DNA of 64,000 nt. Source: Octopus vulgaris. Its lineage: Eukaryota. Shown in pieces: positions 27,341 to 41,186 of this stretch (positions are counted from its first letter, which is position 1; every line of letters starts with the position of its first letter). The DNA is taken from contig OX597829.1 in NCBI GenBank assembly GCA_951406725.2, forward strand, positions 52,142,001 through 52,206,000, in the 5' to 3' direction. A model generated the notes under the pieces. It was not told the DNA's origin and made no database searches. It worked only from the letters and a program-made list of their open reading frames with translations. The position numbers and the translations under genes are program-made.

Positions 27341-28089
27341 ACCCAAGTGTTATTTTTAGAGGTTTTAACCCTTTCAGTATCAATCCGCAAGACACAACCC
27401 TTGATTTTATGACATAAACCTTTTGCTTTAAAGTGATTGAGATTAAAACCTTCCACCAAAATTTCAAGTTAATTTACATTTCCAACATCAGCTTAATAAT
27501 GACAAAGTCTTTTTACTGAATTCTTTATTTTCAAAATAAATTGAAACAAAAGCAGTGTATCTCAACAGAAATATAGTATTAAAAAAATGTTAAATCTCCT
27601 AATTTCTTTCAGAACAACTAGAATTAATTATCATATCAAATTTATATACAGTCTTTTTTTTTTTAACAAGATTGGTTTTAAATTATCTCTTTGCTTGTAG
27701 GGTTAAATACCAGCTTCTATTACCATACAGCTAATCTAACAGAATCCATGTGGATCAACACTGTATCATGGCTATAGAATATGTGTTAATCAGAGATCCC
27801 AAGCACTAGGACAGTGGGAACTTAGTCACCTGATGTAACTGGGATGAGTTGTTTAGGTGCAGTGCTTGAATGATGATGATTTGACATGGCTGACTAGACA
27901 TTCAGCCTGTTTTGCTGGAAGCAAACAATGTCTAGCAATTACAAGAAATATACTCATACGGACGAACGGATATTAGAATAGCTGTATGATAATAGAAGCT
28001 GGGTGGACAGATGGGTGGAAGCACAGACAGATAGACAGATGGACAGATGGATGGATGGATGGACAGACTATGCACAGACAGACAGATAA

Positions 28090-28148
<59 letters not shown>

Positions 28149-28164
28149 TAGATAGATAAATAGA

Positions 28165-28196
<32 letters not shown>

Positions 28197-28743
28197 AAGA
28201 GAGAGAGAGACATAAGTGAAAGAGAAAGGAGAGAGAGAAAGAGAGAAATAGGTGAAAGAGAGAGGAGAGAGAGAAAGAGAGAAAAAGAGTGGGAGAGAGA
28301 GAGAGAAAGAGAGTGAGAGAGAGAGACATTACAATTTATTAATTGAACATGACTCTGACCTAAACACTTTCTCTCTCGTCATAAACAGAAAAGGAAATTT
28401 GATCGCAGAGAAGGGAAGAGGGATGAGGAGAGAGAATAAGGGAGAAAAGAAAAAGAGAGAAGGAGGGAGAGAAACATTAAGAAACTTAATGTCAAAGAAG
28501 TCAGCATCAAATCAATGATTTCATATGATTGTCACTCTTCTTGATTTCGATATATGAGTGTTTGAAGGAGAAAAAGAAAGACGACTTTAAAAAGAAAAGA
28601 AGCTGCATCTACTTGCGATGGATGCATGAATGTAATTTGAATTCAGGTGTGGAATTTGATATGAAGGTGCAATGGGAACGTTGGTGATTTTGATTTTGCC
28701 TTGGATTGGACAAATGTGTCTGTTGATTGCAGGATATAATTTT

Positions 28744-29218
28744 TTAACCCTTTCGTTAATGTATTTATTTTGAGATGCTCTGTGTTTCTTTTAATTAATT
28801 TTAAATATAACAAAGAATTTAGTAAAATAATTTAGTTATCATTCAGCCAGTGTTAAGAACATAAATTGTGACTAAGGTTTGGTGGAAGATTTTAATTCAA
28901 AACTTATGAAAACAAAACATTTGTACTACAGAGTCAGAGCCGGTTTCAGCCAGGTTGGTAACGAAAGGGTTAAGAATTGTTTCTCTATTTTAACCCTTTT
29001 GTTACCATATTCCTGTTGAGATGCTCTGTGTTTCTTTCAATTATTTTAAATATAACAAAGAATTTAGTAAAATAATTTAGTTATCATTAAGCTAGTGTTA
29101 AGAACATAAATTGTGACTAAGGTTTCGTGAAAGATTTTATTTGAAACCTTAAGAAAACAAGACATTTGTACAACAGAGCCAGAGCCGGTTTCAGCCGGGT
29201 TGGTAACAAAAGGGTTAA
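28744..29218 (+). mobile_element. Tandem pair of ~230-bp piggyBac-like MITEs
   Basis: Each unit TTAA-CCCTTT(C/T)GTTA...TAAC(G/A)AAAGGG-TTAA, at 28744-28973 and 28990-29218. Confidence 0.8.
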
Positions 29219-29499
29219 GAGTTCTTTTTCTTCAACTCAAAATTGTTCAGATGCATCATGACACATTTTTATGCCATGAAGATTGATCAAGATGTTAAAT
29301 TAAGCCGTAGAGACTTTAGTGATTTCTTCAACTTATCCTTAGGTATAAAGACAAGTCTTCCTTTACCGCAGTATCCCTCTACTTGTTGGTCATACAAAAG
29401 TATTTCACACGACACCATCATATGTGTGTTTATGCAGCACAAGTGCAGTTTATGTGGCACTGGCACCTGCAAAGGACAAACCTGTATTTATGAATGACA

Positions 29500-30810
29500 G
29501 TGATTTTACTTGGCTTGATACCATAACTCCTGATCCCTTGTCATTTCCTCAGTGAGACCCAGTGTCTGTAGATTCTTTCTCAACACTTTGTCCCATGTCA
29601 ACCTGGGTCTACCCCTTCCACAGGTTCCCTCCACAGGTTCCCTCCACAGGTTCCCTCCACAATTGGTGATCAGCACTTCTTTAAGCATCTGTCCTCACCC
29701 ACACACATTACAAGACCAGACCAGCGCAGTCTTCTCTCTTGCCCACCACATCTGATGCCTCTTATATCCTATTTTCCTCATAAATAATTTACACTCTGTT
29801 GTGCATGCACACTGACATTACCCATCCAGCAGAGCATGCTAGCTTCATTTCTTTCAAGCTTTTGCAAGCCCTCTGTAGTCAAAGCCCATGTTGCTTGGTT
29901 GCCTAGGTAACAAAAGCTATCTACTACTTCTATGTATTCTCCCAACTGTTTGAGGAAGTCTGCTGTTAGTGTATTTTTAGTGCCTATTGTACTCACACAT
30001 TCACTGCACACAAAGACTATATTCTTTGTTAACCTTTCTATGATACTGCCACACCGTTTAAGCATCCAAAGCTTGAACTGGGTGCAACATATGGAGTTTC
30101 TACAAACACACTTCTTACATATTGAGCATATCTATTACCCACCCAGTGGAGCATGCTATCTTCATTTCCTTCAACTGTTTGCAAGTCCTCTGCCATCACA
30201 ACCCATGTTTCACTACCATGTAGCCTTACAAACAATAACTCTGAGCACCTTTTCAAACTCCACCCGTCTAACACCCGTGGACATATTTACAAAGTCAGAA
30301 AACAGCACAGCTCCCATGACTCCCACGCTGAGAGTTGCTGAAGCATGGAACAAACTGCCGGCATCAGTTGTTAGTTGTCGGAGCACTGCGTCCTTCAAAA
30401 CTTCCATGCTTCCTGAGATTCGCCAACACTACACCTGATTTTCTCCCCTCCATACACACACAAGCATGTATCTGACTCATACATTGTCCGCTTTCCAGAA
30501 ATTTGTACATTACTGCATATACTTTATATGCACTTTCTGACAAGTTGTGGTGCACCTGAGCACTGTATACAATAATTTTATTATTATTATAGTTGTATAT
30601 ACACAAGCATCATACAATCTGCATTTCACCCTGGAGAGGCCCTTAGTTACCAACAAACATAGAAGCTCTCTGATCTTTGCCCAGTGTGTTCTTATTCTTG
30701 CAACTAAACTTTAAGAATTTCCTCCTCCACTCCAAACTAGGTCATCTAGGTAACAAAAGCTATTTACCACTCCTAATGATCCTTTCCCTCACTGAGCATT
30801 TGAGGAAGTC
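29500..30810 (-). mobile_element. RTE-clade LINE fragments (interrupted by CR1)
   Basis: VEGTCGRGRPRLTWDKVL, EVVDSFCYLG, LHGSETW. Confidence 0.75.
30235..30590 (+). mobile_element. CR1-clade LINE 3' end with (TTA)n tail, inserted into an RTE fragment
   Basis: TRGHIYKVRKQ...RVAEAWNKLPASVV...SFK. RTE sequence on both sides. Confidence 0.75.
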
Positions 30811-31684
30811 TGTTGTCTGTGCATCCATTGATGAGTAATCTTCTGGTCCTTCAGAAATAACAGCAGCAGAGGAAAGTGGCACAAACCTGGAGTGGTAAAA
30901 CTTTATTGTTGCTCAACAGGAATAACTACAATGAATGATTTCAACAGTAAATTCTGTTGCTAATATATTAATACATTGATAATCAGCAGCTATTAGCAGC
31001 ACTAAACAACTGTTTTGTGTGAGCATATGTTAATCTCATTAACGGTAACTATACTCTTTATTATTTTACTCTTTTACTTGTTTCAGTCATGTGACTGTGG
31101 CCAGGCTGGAGCACCGCCTTTAGTCAAGCAAATCGACCCCAGGACTTATTCTTTGTAAGCCCAGAACTTATTCTATCGGTCTCTTTTGCCAAACCGCTAA
31201 GTTACGGGTATGTAAACACACCAGCATCGGCTGTCAAGTGATGTTGGGGGGACAAACACAGACACACAAACATATACACACACATACAAATATATATAGG
31301 ACAGGTTTCTTTCAGTTTTCGTCTACCAAATCCACTCACAATGTTTTGGTCGGCCCAAGGATATAGTAGAAGACACTTGCCCAAGGTACCATGCAGTGGG
31401 ACTGAACCCAGAACCATGCAGTTTGTAAGCAAGCTACTTGCCACACAGTCACTCCTATGCCTTTACTAAATTAATGCTGATAAAAACCCCCAAGGTTTTA
31501 ATTACAGACATATTAGATTATAACAATTTAAAAATATAAAATTATTTATCCCAACCACATGGTTCCAGGTTCAGTTCCATTGTGTGGCACCTTGGACAAA
31601 TGTCTTCTGCAACAGCCCAGGCTGTTGCAGAAGAGCAAAGCCTTGTGAGTGGATTTGGTAGACGGATACTGAAAGAAGCCCATC

Positions 31685-31718
<34 letters not shown>

Positions 31719-32085
31719 CTTTGTGATTATGTTTGTTCCCCACCACTGCTTGATAACTGGTGTCAGTGTGTTTATGTAACCCCTAAACTTAGTGGTTTGG
31801 CAAAAGAGACCTACAGAATAAGTATCAGGCTTAAAAAAAAAAGTACTGGGGTCGATTCATTCAACTAGAAACCCTTCAAGGCGGTGTCCCAGCATAGTTG
31901 CAGTCCAATGACTGAAACAAGTAAAAGATAAAAGATATAGGTGTATAAAAATCAGACAAATTAAATGGGTGCAGGTGTGACTAAGATGTTTTCCTCTTTA
32001 GTTCAGTTTAACTGCATGACACTTTGGGCATGCGTTTTCCATTATAACCCTAGGCTGAAATTGTCTAAAGAATTTATGGACACCT

Positions 32086-32129
<44 letters not shown>

Positions 32130-32303
32130 ATGATTTCAACAGTAAATTCTGTTGCTTCTCTCCTTGTTTTTTTCTGTGTCCCTTCTGTAGAAGAGCATAG
32201 GCTCGAAACATAAAAGACTTTTTCTATTCCTGAGCATTATACTAATACACCTGTTTGTTTTGTACACCACCTATCTTCGTCTTTTGTTTTTTTCGTAAAC
32301 TCT

Positions 32304-32404
<101 letters not shown>

Positions 32405-33009
32405 CATCATCATCATCATCGTCATCCTTTAATGTCTGCTGTCCATGCTGGCATGGGTTGGATAGTTTGACTGTGCTGGCACACTGGAAGGCTGCACCGG
32501 ACTCTGGTCTCATTTGGCATGGTTTTCTATGGTTGGATGCCCTTCTTAATGCCAACTACTCCAAGAATATAATGGGTACTTTTACATACCATTTGCATAA
32601 CATCAGAGTGTGTTTATGTACCACCAGTATATGTGCCAGTTTGCATGATGCCAGTATCTACCATGACTGTGATTTTGCTCAGCTTGATGAGTCTTCTTCT
32701 GAAGCACAACATAATGCCAAACATTGTGGTCATTGCCTCTGTGAGGCCCACCACTCAAAAGCTTAAAAGGAACTCAGCCACTTTGCCTCTGTGAGCCCTA
32801 AGATTCAAAAGATGTACTTTCCATGCCACCAGCATGGTTGCACTTGGCTTGATAAGTCCTCTTAAGCACAGCACATAAATTAGGGTACAAAATGTACCAG
32901 CTATGCTAGAAAGAAGAGTCAATATATTTCACTATAAGTAAACACGTATGGTTAATGTAGTGAATATAATAAAAATAGCCTTACCTTTGCAAAACTACAA
33001 AAAAAGTAC

Positions 33010-33066
<57 letters not shown>

Positions 33067-33199
33067 TACATGTGTATTTGTGTGTGTGTGTGTGTAAAAT
33101 GAAATTATTTGAAATAGCATAGAGCATCATTGCCTAACAGCCAGTATCAAGTTACAAACAAATTTAATTTCTGTAACATATATTAATATATTTAAAGGT

Positions 33200-33565
33200 A
33201 CAGGTGTGGCTGTGTGGTAAGAAGCTTGCTTCTCAACCACAATTGTTCTGTATTCAGTCCTGCTGTGTGGCACCTTGGGCAAGTGTCTTCTACTATAACC
33301 TCAGGCCAACCACACGCTTTTGAGTGGATTTGGTTGACAGAAACTGAAAGAAACCTTTTGTGTGTGAGTGTGTGTGTGTGTATGGTTGTTATCCCCATCT
33401 CCACTAGACAAGTTACTAGACATCCTTGTAACTTGACAGTTCAGCAAAAGAGACTGATAAAATAAATTCTAATAAGTCCTGGGATTGATTTGTTCAACTA
33501 GAAACCATCAAGGTGATGCTCCAGCATGGCCACAGTCAAATGACTGAAACAAGTAAAAGAATAAC
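33200..33565 (+). mobile_element. tRNA-derived SINE (representative of many copies)
   Basis: A/B-box-like head (GTGGCTGTGTGGTAAG...TTCAGTCC), shared core CACCTTGGGCAAGTGTCTTCTACTATA and tail GACTGAAACAAGTAAAAGA. Copies near 230, 8808, 22546, 31080(-), 31550, 41385(-), 43660(-), 45700 and 46820. Confidence 0.85.
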
Positions 33566-33859
33566 AAAAGAATATATATTGTCCATGCTTGATTTACACG
33601 TTCACCACCACAACCTCGTTTAGGCTTAGCAGCCCTTCCTGTTTGTTTTCACTGTCCTGTTTGTCTTACCAATTTCGACCCTCCGCAAAAGGCTAGCCAT
33701 TTGAATTACAGGTACAACTCCTTCTTGCCAGCTGAGTGAACTGGAGCAAAGTAAAATAAAGTGTCTTGCTCAAGGATACAATACGTTGCCAGGAATTGAA
33801 CTCGTCACCTTATGATTGTGAGCAGAATACCCTAATGACTAAGCCATGTGCCTTCAGAT

Positions 33860-34200
33860 ACTCCTTTGAGAAAACCACATGCACTAATGAAAACCTTGTG
33901 GTGTGTAAGATTAACCCTGACATTACCTGTAGAACTAGAAGTGTACTCTACAGCATAAGGTGCATAGAGAGTGCTTGTAAAGACAAGAACACAGCCTACA
34001 TTGGAGAAACATCTAGAAGTATTGCGGAGAGATTAAATAAACACTGGAGGTAATATGATGTCAAAAAACAGTCCACCACACTCAACCAACATGAAGACAC
34101 GCTTGGCTGACTTGACATGTGCATTTTATCCAAGCACCCAAAGGACCCGTCATTCAGACAAATATAGGAGTACGTCCTCATAAATGAAAATGTCTCCTGT
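33860..34200 (+). mobile_element. PLE GIY-YIG endonuclease fragment
   Basis: CRTRSVLYSIRCIESAC...AYIGETSRSIAERLNKH. Confidence 0.75.
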
Positions 34201-34293
34201 ACTATATAGGAAATACACATAGAAGGTAGTGACACTCCAATAAACACAGAATAAACATACTTAAGTACATTTGCAAGCAGCCTGTTATATAGG

Positions 34294-34331
<38 letters not shown>

Positions 34332-34909
34332 TAGCTAAATGGATATGTATGTAAACAAATAGGTAGACAGGTAAGTAGACAGATATGTACAGAGGTTACA
34401 CAGACAGACAAGTACATAAAAACACACAAACACACACACACACCCACATGCACACATACACACATACACACAAAAACACATATGGAGACACACACACATA
34501 CATACATATGTGCACACATACATATATACATACATACATGCATGCAAACATACATACATACGTGTGTATGTACACACACGCACACATACATATATGCATA
34601 CACACATGCATACATACATACATACACACACATACATACATACATACACACATACATACATACATACATGCATGCATGCATACATACACATATTCACACA
34701 CACATACATACATACACATGCACATACATACACACATACATACACACATTCACACACACATACATACATACACAAGCACATACATACACACATACATACA
34801 TACATACATACATACACACACATACATACATGCATACATACACACATACATACATACATACATACACACACACATACACACACACACATACATACACACA
34901 TACACACAC

Positions 34910-34950
<41 letters not shown>

Positions 34951-34961
34951 CATACATACAC

Positions 34962-34994
<33 letters not shown>

Positions 34995-35086
34995 TACATA
35001 CATACATACATACATACATACATACACACACACATACACACACATACATACACACATACATACACACACATACATACATACATACA

Positions 35087-35117
<31 letters not shown>

Positions 35118-35376
35118 GTGCACACAAAAGGATACATGCATGGTGGAGCACAAACAAGCACACAGACAGACAAAAAAGAATGCAGCTGCAATAACAAACA
35201 GCCAACACTCATTGACAAGATTGCAAAAGCAACGTAAATTTTGGAAAGAAAATATAAATAATAGACGAGTGGAAATCAAACTGGTGAGTGTGTTAAATAA
35301 TAAGGCATTAAGGCAGTGTGACCCTCCTCAGACACGACATAAAGAATGTTGCAAACCAGATACAAAAACAAAGTAT

Positions 35377-35415
<39 letters not shown>

Positions 35416-35467
35416 TACGCACACACACACACACACACACACATATATTTTATATATATATATATAT

Positions 35468-36646
35468 ATTGATTTGCTTTTCGCAGGAAGGAAGTTTCTT
35501 CGAAGTATACGTCTCGCTTTTATCCTTCGAAACGTAGAGTAGATGAAACCTTAGCGACTGAAGAAGGGGATTTTTCGTTGTGCTTATTGTCCTGTATCTC
35601 TTTTTTTCTTTTTTGCTTGTCCTGTTCCTTGGTTTGTGTCTATGTTTTTCGTCTCTCTATGTGTTCGACGTCTTTTTGGTGTCCTGTACACATATATGCG
35701 TGTATATGTACATGTAGAGGTAGGTACGTACATATATGTTTATATATATGCATATGTTCTATTTTATTAACATATTATACGACTAAACGCACGCACCCTA
35801 TTAAGTAAGATTGTTCTGTTTATCAAGTTAGCCTTGATATTAACTCTCACGCGACTCTGCATCTTTCTTTCTTTCTCTCCCATTCCCTTTTTCGTCCTTT
35901 CTCCCTCACTTAACTTGTCTCTTCCTCTCTCTCTCATTCTTCATTCTCTCTCTCCCCCTCACCATTCTTCATGGTCTCCTCGCACCATTCCCCTTCTTCT
36001 CTCTCTTCCTCTTGCTCCTCCTCCCCCATTCCCGTCGTCCATCTGCGACGATACTTCCGTCGTAACTGCTATCCTGTCTTTTCTCGCCCGCCTTCTAAGG
36101 CCACTGGTCGACATTCTTTCTCTCTCGTCGTCCACTATAATCCAGCGTTTGCATTACTTTTTTCGTCTGGCGTAAACAGCCCTTCTTATCTTGTTCTCCT
36201 TGTCCTGTCTCTCACTGTTATATATTTATTTTTCAACTGTTTATATATAATTTTTTTTTTTTACTGTTTATATGTTTGTACTGTCGTTACCGTCTTGCTT
36301 TTTTTACCATTTTTTACCCCTCTGCGAAAAGATCTCAGAATTTTAATTGATTTGCTTTTCACAGGAAGGAAGTTTCTTCGAAGTATACGTCTCGCTTTTA
36401 TCCTTCGAAACGTAGAGTAGATGAAACCTTAGCGACTGAAGAAGGGGATTTTTCGTTGTGCTTATTGTCCTGTATCTCTTTTTTTCTTTTTTGCTTGTCC
36501 TGTTCCTTGGTTTGTGTCTATGTTTTTCGTCTCTCTATGTGTTCGACGTCTTTTTGGTGTCCTGTACACATATATGCGTGTATATGTACATGTAGAGGTA
36601 GGTACGTACATATATGTTTATATATATGCATATGTTCTATTTTATT

Positions 36647-36653
<7 letters not shown>
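35468..36653 (+). mobile_element. Non-coding element with 308-bp direct terminal repeats (PLE pLTR or retrozyme-like), in (TA)n
   Basis: 35468-35775 and 36346-36653 differ at about one base. The 570-bp CT-rich interior has no recognisable protein. Each repeat has TCCTTC-GAAACGTA...CTGAAGA-AGGGGA. Confidence 0.75.
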
Positions 36654-36686
<33 letters not shown>

Positions 36687-36929
36687 ATATTTCGGAATGG
36701 TCATATTGCACAACAAATATTTAAACATACTATATATATATATATTTATACATACATACATATATACATACATATACATATACAACACGCACACACATAT
36801 ATATATTTATCATATATATATTATATATATATACATATATACATATACTTATACTCACTTATATATATGTATACACACACACACACACACACATATATGT
36901 ATGTATATGTATATATAGATATGAACATA

Positions 36930-36971
<42 letters not shown>

Positions 36972-37051
36972 TATATATATACACATATGTATATATATAT
37001 ATATATACACACATATGTATGTATATATATATATATACACATATGTATGTG

Positions 37052-37115
<64 letters not shown>

Positions 37116-37484
37116 TACAGACAGACATATGCACATACACACACACACACACATATTTGTTGAAATTTTAATCAGTGCAAGCTGGCAACAAAACTACCCA
37201 AAGAAATCTGTTACTGTTATTATTGTACCCGGTAACTCTTAAAGATGTTATTTTTGGCTAATATTTATTAAGAAGAAAACTAGTTACCTGTAGATTAGAG
37301 TTGAAAACATAAGCAATGATGGAATCTGTTATTGTGTTTATCGATAAAAAGAGAAGCAGAAAAAGGCATGTCTATTGCCTGTGTAGGATGTCCTAATATG
37401 TAATTGTACCGCAAGTGACAGATATATGCATCCTGTCAGAATGAGCTATTTTGAGGCTTGACAATTTGGCATGACTGACTAGAC

Positions 37485-39790
37485 CAAGGGTAGGCAACCT
37501 CTTTGAGAGTACGTGCCAAAACTGTCAAAATCACTGATACAAAATTCTTCCATGTACTGATCAAATTTTTTTGAGAACATATTAGGGCTACTTGATTTGA
37601 TATCTCTTAAGAAAGTGTATTTTCATTTTTTTCATTTTATCTAGTTTCAGCTCACGAGCTGTGGACATGCTGGGGCACCGCCATTGTATGTTAAGAAATT
37701 TTTTCATAAACGGTAAAAAATCACCACAGGGTTGTAAAACACAGTATATAATGATGGAAAATGTATTTATTCATCTTCAAAGTTATATTTAAACAACAAT
37801 GAACCTTTGCCACTTTCTAAAGAAAACATCAGTCAGATGAAATATGAGTTTGACCGAAAACTTGCTGACTCCTTTTGTTATACATGTATATACAATATTA
37901 TCAGTGGGACTTCTGCTGCTGCAGAATTTGTATTGGGTTTATATTTCGTAATTTACAGAGATATGCATGCACTACTAGATTCATCTGTCAGGTTACTCCG
38001 ATTACAAGACTTAACAAAGTTCATCACTGAGAACAAGGATTCACAGGCATATGTTGGTAAAAACATGGATATTAGTGCTGTTGCAAAGTTTTTTTGGGAC
38101 TTTCTGGAATGGCATTCCAAGTCCTTAATAATTCATCTTTCACACTTCTCTCTGGTATTCCTGTCTCTAATCGCTTTTTTTAAAAATATTTTTTAAGTCA
38201 ATAAATTTTTGCTTCCAAATTGAGCTGCTTTGAAATTCAATCAACTGCATTTCAAAATCAATCATGTTTATCCATGCAAACATTTGTAAGTTTAATCCTT
38301 CCAGCTTGATAAAATCTGGAGACTTAACAAATTTTGCTCTCTCCCAGTTCCCTTGGAAATCCTTATAAAAAAACTGCTCTACAGCTGACTCGATAATGTT
38401 TACAAACCGCTTTTGAAGACATTGGTGCTCTGCTCTGCCATCTTTTGAGAGATCATTGATATACCTCTTTAGGTTTGGGAAGTATTTAAATCTCTCATTG
38501 TCCACATCCATCTTAAAAACTTCTAGTTTCATTTCAAAAGCTTTCATGTAACCAAACATAACGTTAAGTATCTTACCAGAACCCTGTAACTTAACATTCA
38601 AGTCATTCAAATTTTCACAAAAATCTGCAAAAAACACCAGTCTACAAACCCACATGATGTCAGATAATTCTTGATAAGAAACATGTTGGTCATTCAAGAA
38701 GAGCTTCATCTCATTTAAGCATTCAACAAATCATTTCAGAACCAAACCTTGGCTAAGCCATCAAGCATTGTTGTACATTTTCGGTCCTCTATGTCATTCA
38801 GTAAAACTTGAAATTGTCTCTTATTTAAAGCCTGGGCAGAAATGTAATTAACAACCTTGGTAACAGTCTGCATCACTTCCTGAAGTTCTTTCAGGTCAGC
38901 TTTTGCACATAAAATCTCCTCATGTGTGATGCAATGAAAACTTATCGATTAACTTCTTTTGCAAACAGGTTTACAAATCCTGCCTTCTCACTAGTCATGC
39001 TGGGGGCACCATCTGTTGTGATGGATACTACTTTTGAATGTCAATGTGTTGAGAAGAGAATTTGTTCACAGCTGCTTTACATATTTCAACCCTGGTAGTA
39101 CACTCAGGCAGTGTTAGAAGAGCATCCATCTCTTCACATATTTCATCACCTTTACAAAAGTGAGGGAAAATGGCTGACCTAGCTGATGATGTAATGTCCG
39201 TACTTTCATCAATACAAAAAGAAAAAATTATCTGAAGACAAATCTTTTGTCAATTGTTCAGAAGTATTCTTCTCCAACTTAAGTATTCTATCCTTAATCA
39301 TTTTCCTACTCAAAGACAATTCTTTAATGCATTGAATAATTTTTTCCTTTTCTGAAAAATTGTCAAAAAGGGAAGGTGCACACTCTAGCCAAGCTTCTTT
39401 AATATACTCCCCATCGCTGAGTGGCTTTCCTTGTTGGGCAATAACTCAAAACCTCAAAACTAACAGCAACTAAGTTGGAACTGGACTTTACCAAGACAAA
39501 GCTTATAAAAGTATCAGCCTGTTTTTTTAGTTTTGCTGAGTTCATGAGAAATTAATTCTCTTTGTTCCTCTTCTGTTTTATTGCTTAAGTTCCTATGAAC
39601 ACTTTCAAGATGTCTTTTTACAGAAGAAGTTCTACAAACAATAGTTTCGGAACAGAAAATACATAATGCTTTATTGTCTTTCTTAATCATACCAAACTTT
39701 TCAGTCCAGTATTTTTGAAATTCTCTAATAACCTCTTCAGTTAAATGACATCGTTTCTTAGCTGGTGGCCCTGACATTCTGCACAATGTA
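37485..39790 (-). mobile_element. Degenerate hAT transposon (Buster/SPIN/GTF2IRD2-like)
   Basis: BED-finger ORF 39514-39786 (ALCIFCSE...VKRHLESVH), core ORF 38167-38709 and dimerisation motif TYACESLFSVMN. End motif CAAGGGTAGGCAACC at 37485; the other TIR was not identified. Confidence 0.85.
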
Positions 39791-40907
39791 AAAAGGGCAG
39801 AAAAGAAAAATACACGAGATAATGATATATGTAAAAAAGGAAGAAGAAGAAAAGTAAAATGTCAATAAGGGATTAATTAGTTTGGTCAAACTACTTTACT
39901 TTTTATTAGTTTTTTTTAATTAAAGTAAAATAAAAAATTAGTTTGCCATCCCCACAAAATGGTAGGATGGGTGTGGCACAAAGATCGGTAAAGACAAAGC
40001 ATGCAACAAAGCAAGAAATCTTATGGCCATGAATAATTTGATGCTTACAGCAAATCATTTCAAGAAGCGATGACAAGTGCAACAGTTCAAGATTAAGATA
40101 ACAATCCGGTGTATGCATAATTTCATATATATGCAATACATGTGGTCTATATGCACAATGTACACACAACAACTATGATGAAAACATCACCATGGTCAAC
40201 AAACTGTACCCAGACTTGCATGTGAACTGAATTTAGCAGTGTTGACCTGCGGCTCCCTAAATACGACCTAGTCACTGGAACATTGATGGACATTAAATGA
40301 TCTGTGTAATAAAAATTACAAAACAGTACTGGCTTATTTATTAGAAATTGTTGAAAAAGTCATGATATTATTGTACAGGAGAGAGACAAAATGAGAGAAA
40401 CATGAAAAAATCTGATATCAAACAAGTCAGCATTGAATCAGTGATGCCAAACAGGTGGCAGCAAAACATCTCTACCTGCATACCATGCAGTTTTATATTG
40501 TTTACATAGTGAACACAGTAGAATGGAGACTGCACAACAGTTTCAATTCAGTCTACAGTTGATGTCATTTGCACTTACTTAGCTGCTAATATCATTAGGA
40601 AGGACATGGAAATACCAATGTTTTATTAACAGTTATGCAAAATAAATTAAACCTTGTGACTGAGCCAAAGAAATTAGTGTTGTCAGTGGAACAACCACTT
40701 GAATTCTTTAGCATTCAGTTTATCCTGTCAAATGTAATGCATATTTACCTGGTTTTGAATTCATCATGCATTATCTCATTTGTGATATTTTTGCTGCTTT
40801 TTAATAAAGCATATTACTTTAACTCCTGTATTTGAGTACTATTTTTTCCACCTTATTTTGCATTTATGTGCTTACTCTGGTATATGTATGTGTATATATA
40901 TATATAT

Positions 40908-40953
<46 letters not shown>

Positions 40954-41053
40954 TATATTAGAGACAAAACGACTATTATGCAAATCAAACAAAGAAAGAC
41001 TTAAGCCAATACATAAAATAATTTATATAAATTAAAATTTAACAATTATAAAT

Positions 41054-41107
41054 AACCACTACGATCGTTTCATGTCAGCACATCTTTGAGACATTCTTCA
41101 GGTAGTT
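41054..41107 (-). ncRNA. Type I hammerhead ribozyme (inverted twin)
   Basis: Reverse complement copy. Its two substitutions keep pairing (U-G in stem I, A-U at the base of stem II). Confidence 0.8.
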
Positions 41108-41132
41108 TCAAAACCTTCTTGGCGAGTTTTGA

Positions 41133-41186
41133 AACCACCTGAAGAATGTCTCAAAGATGTGCTGACACGAAACGATCGTAGTGGTT
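41133..41186 (+). ncRNA. Type I hammerhead ribozyme with canonical core
   Basis: AACCAC-CTGAAGA-A-TGTC...GACA-C-GAAA-CGATCG-TA-GTGGTT: 6-bp stem I, CUGANGA/GAAA core, palindromic stem III, GUA cleavage triplet. Confidence 0.82.

Noticed and set aside
32180-32215. Hammerhead-like GAGC-ATAG-GCTC-GAAACATA (also the half-motif at ~10258-10276)
   Set aside because: Core CTGANGA absent or too degenerate to call.
33200-33280. tRNA genes at SINE heads
   Set aside because: Only A/B-box similarity, continuous with the SINE body; no full cloverleaf.
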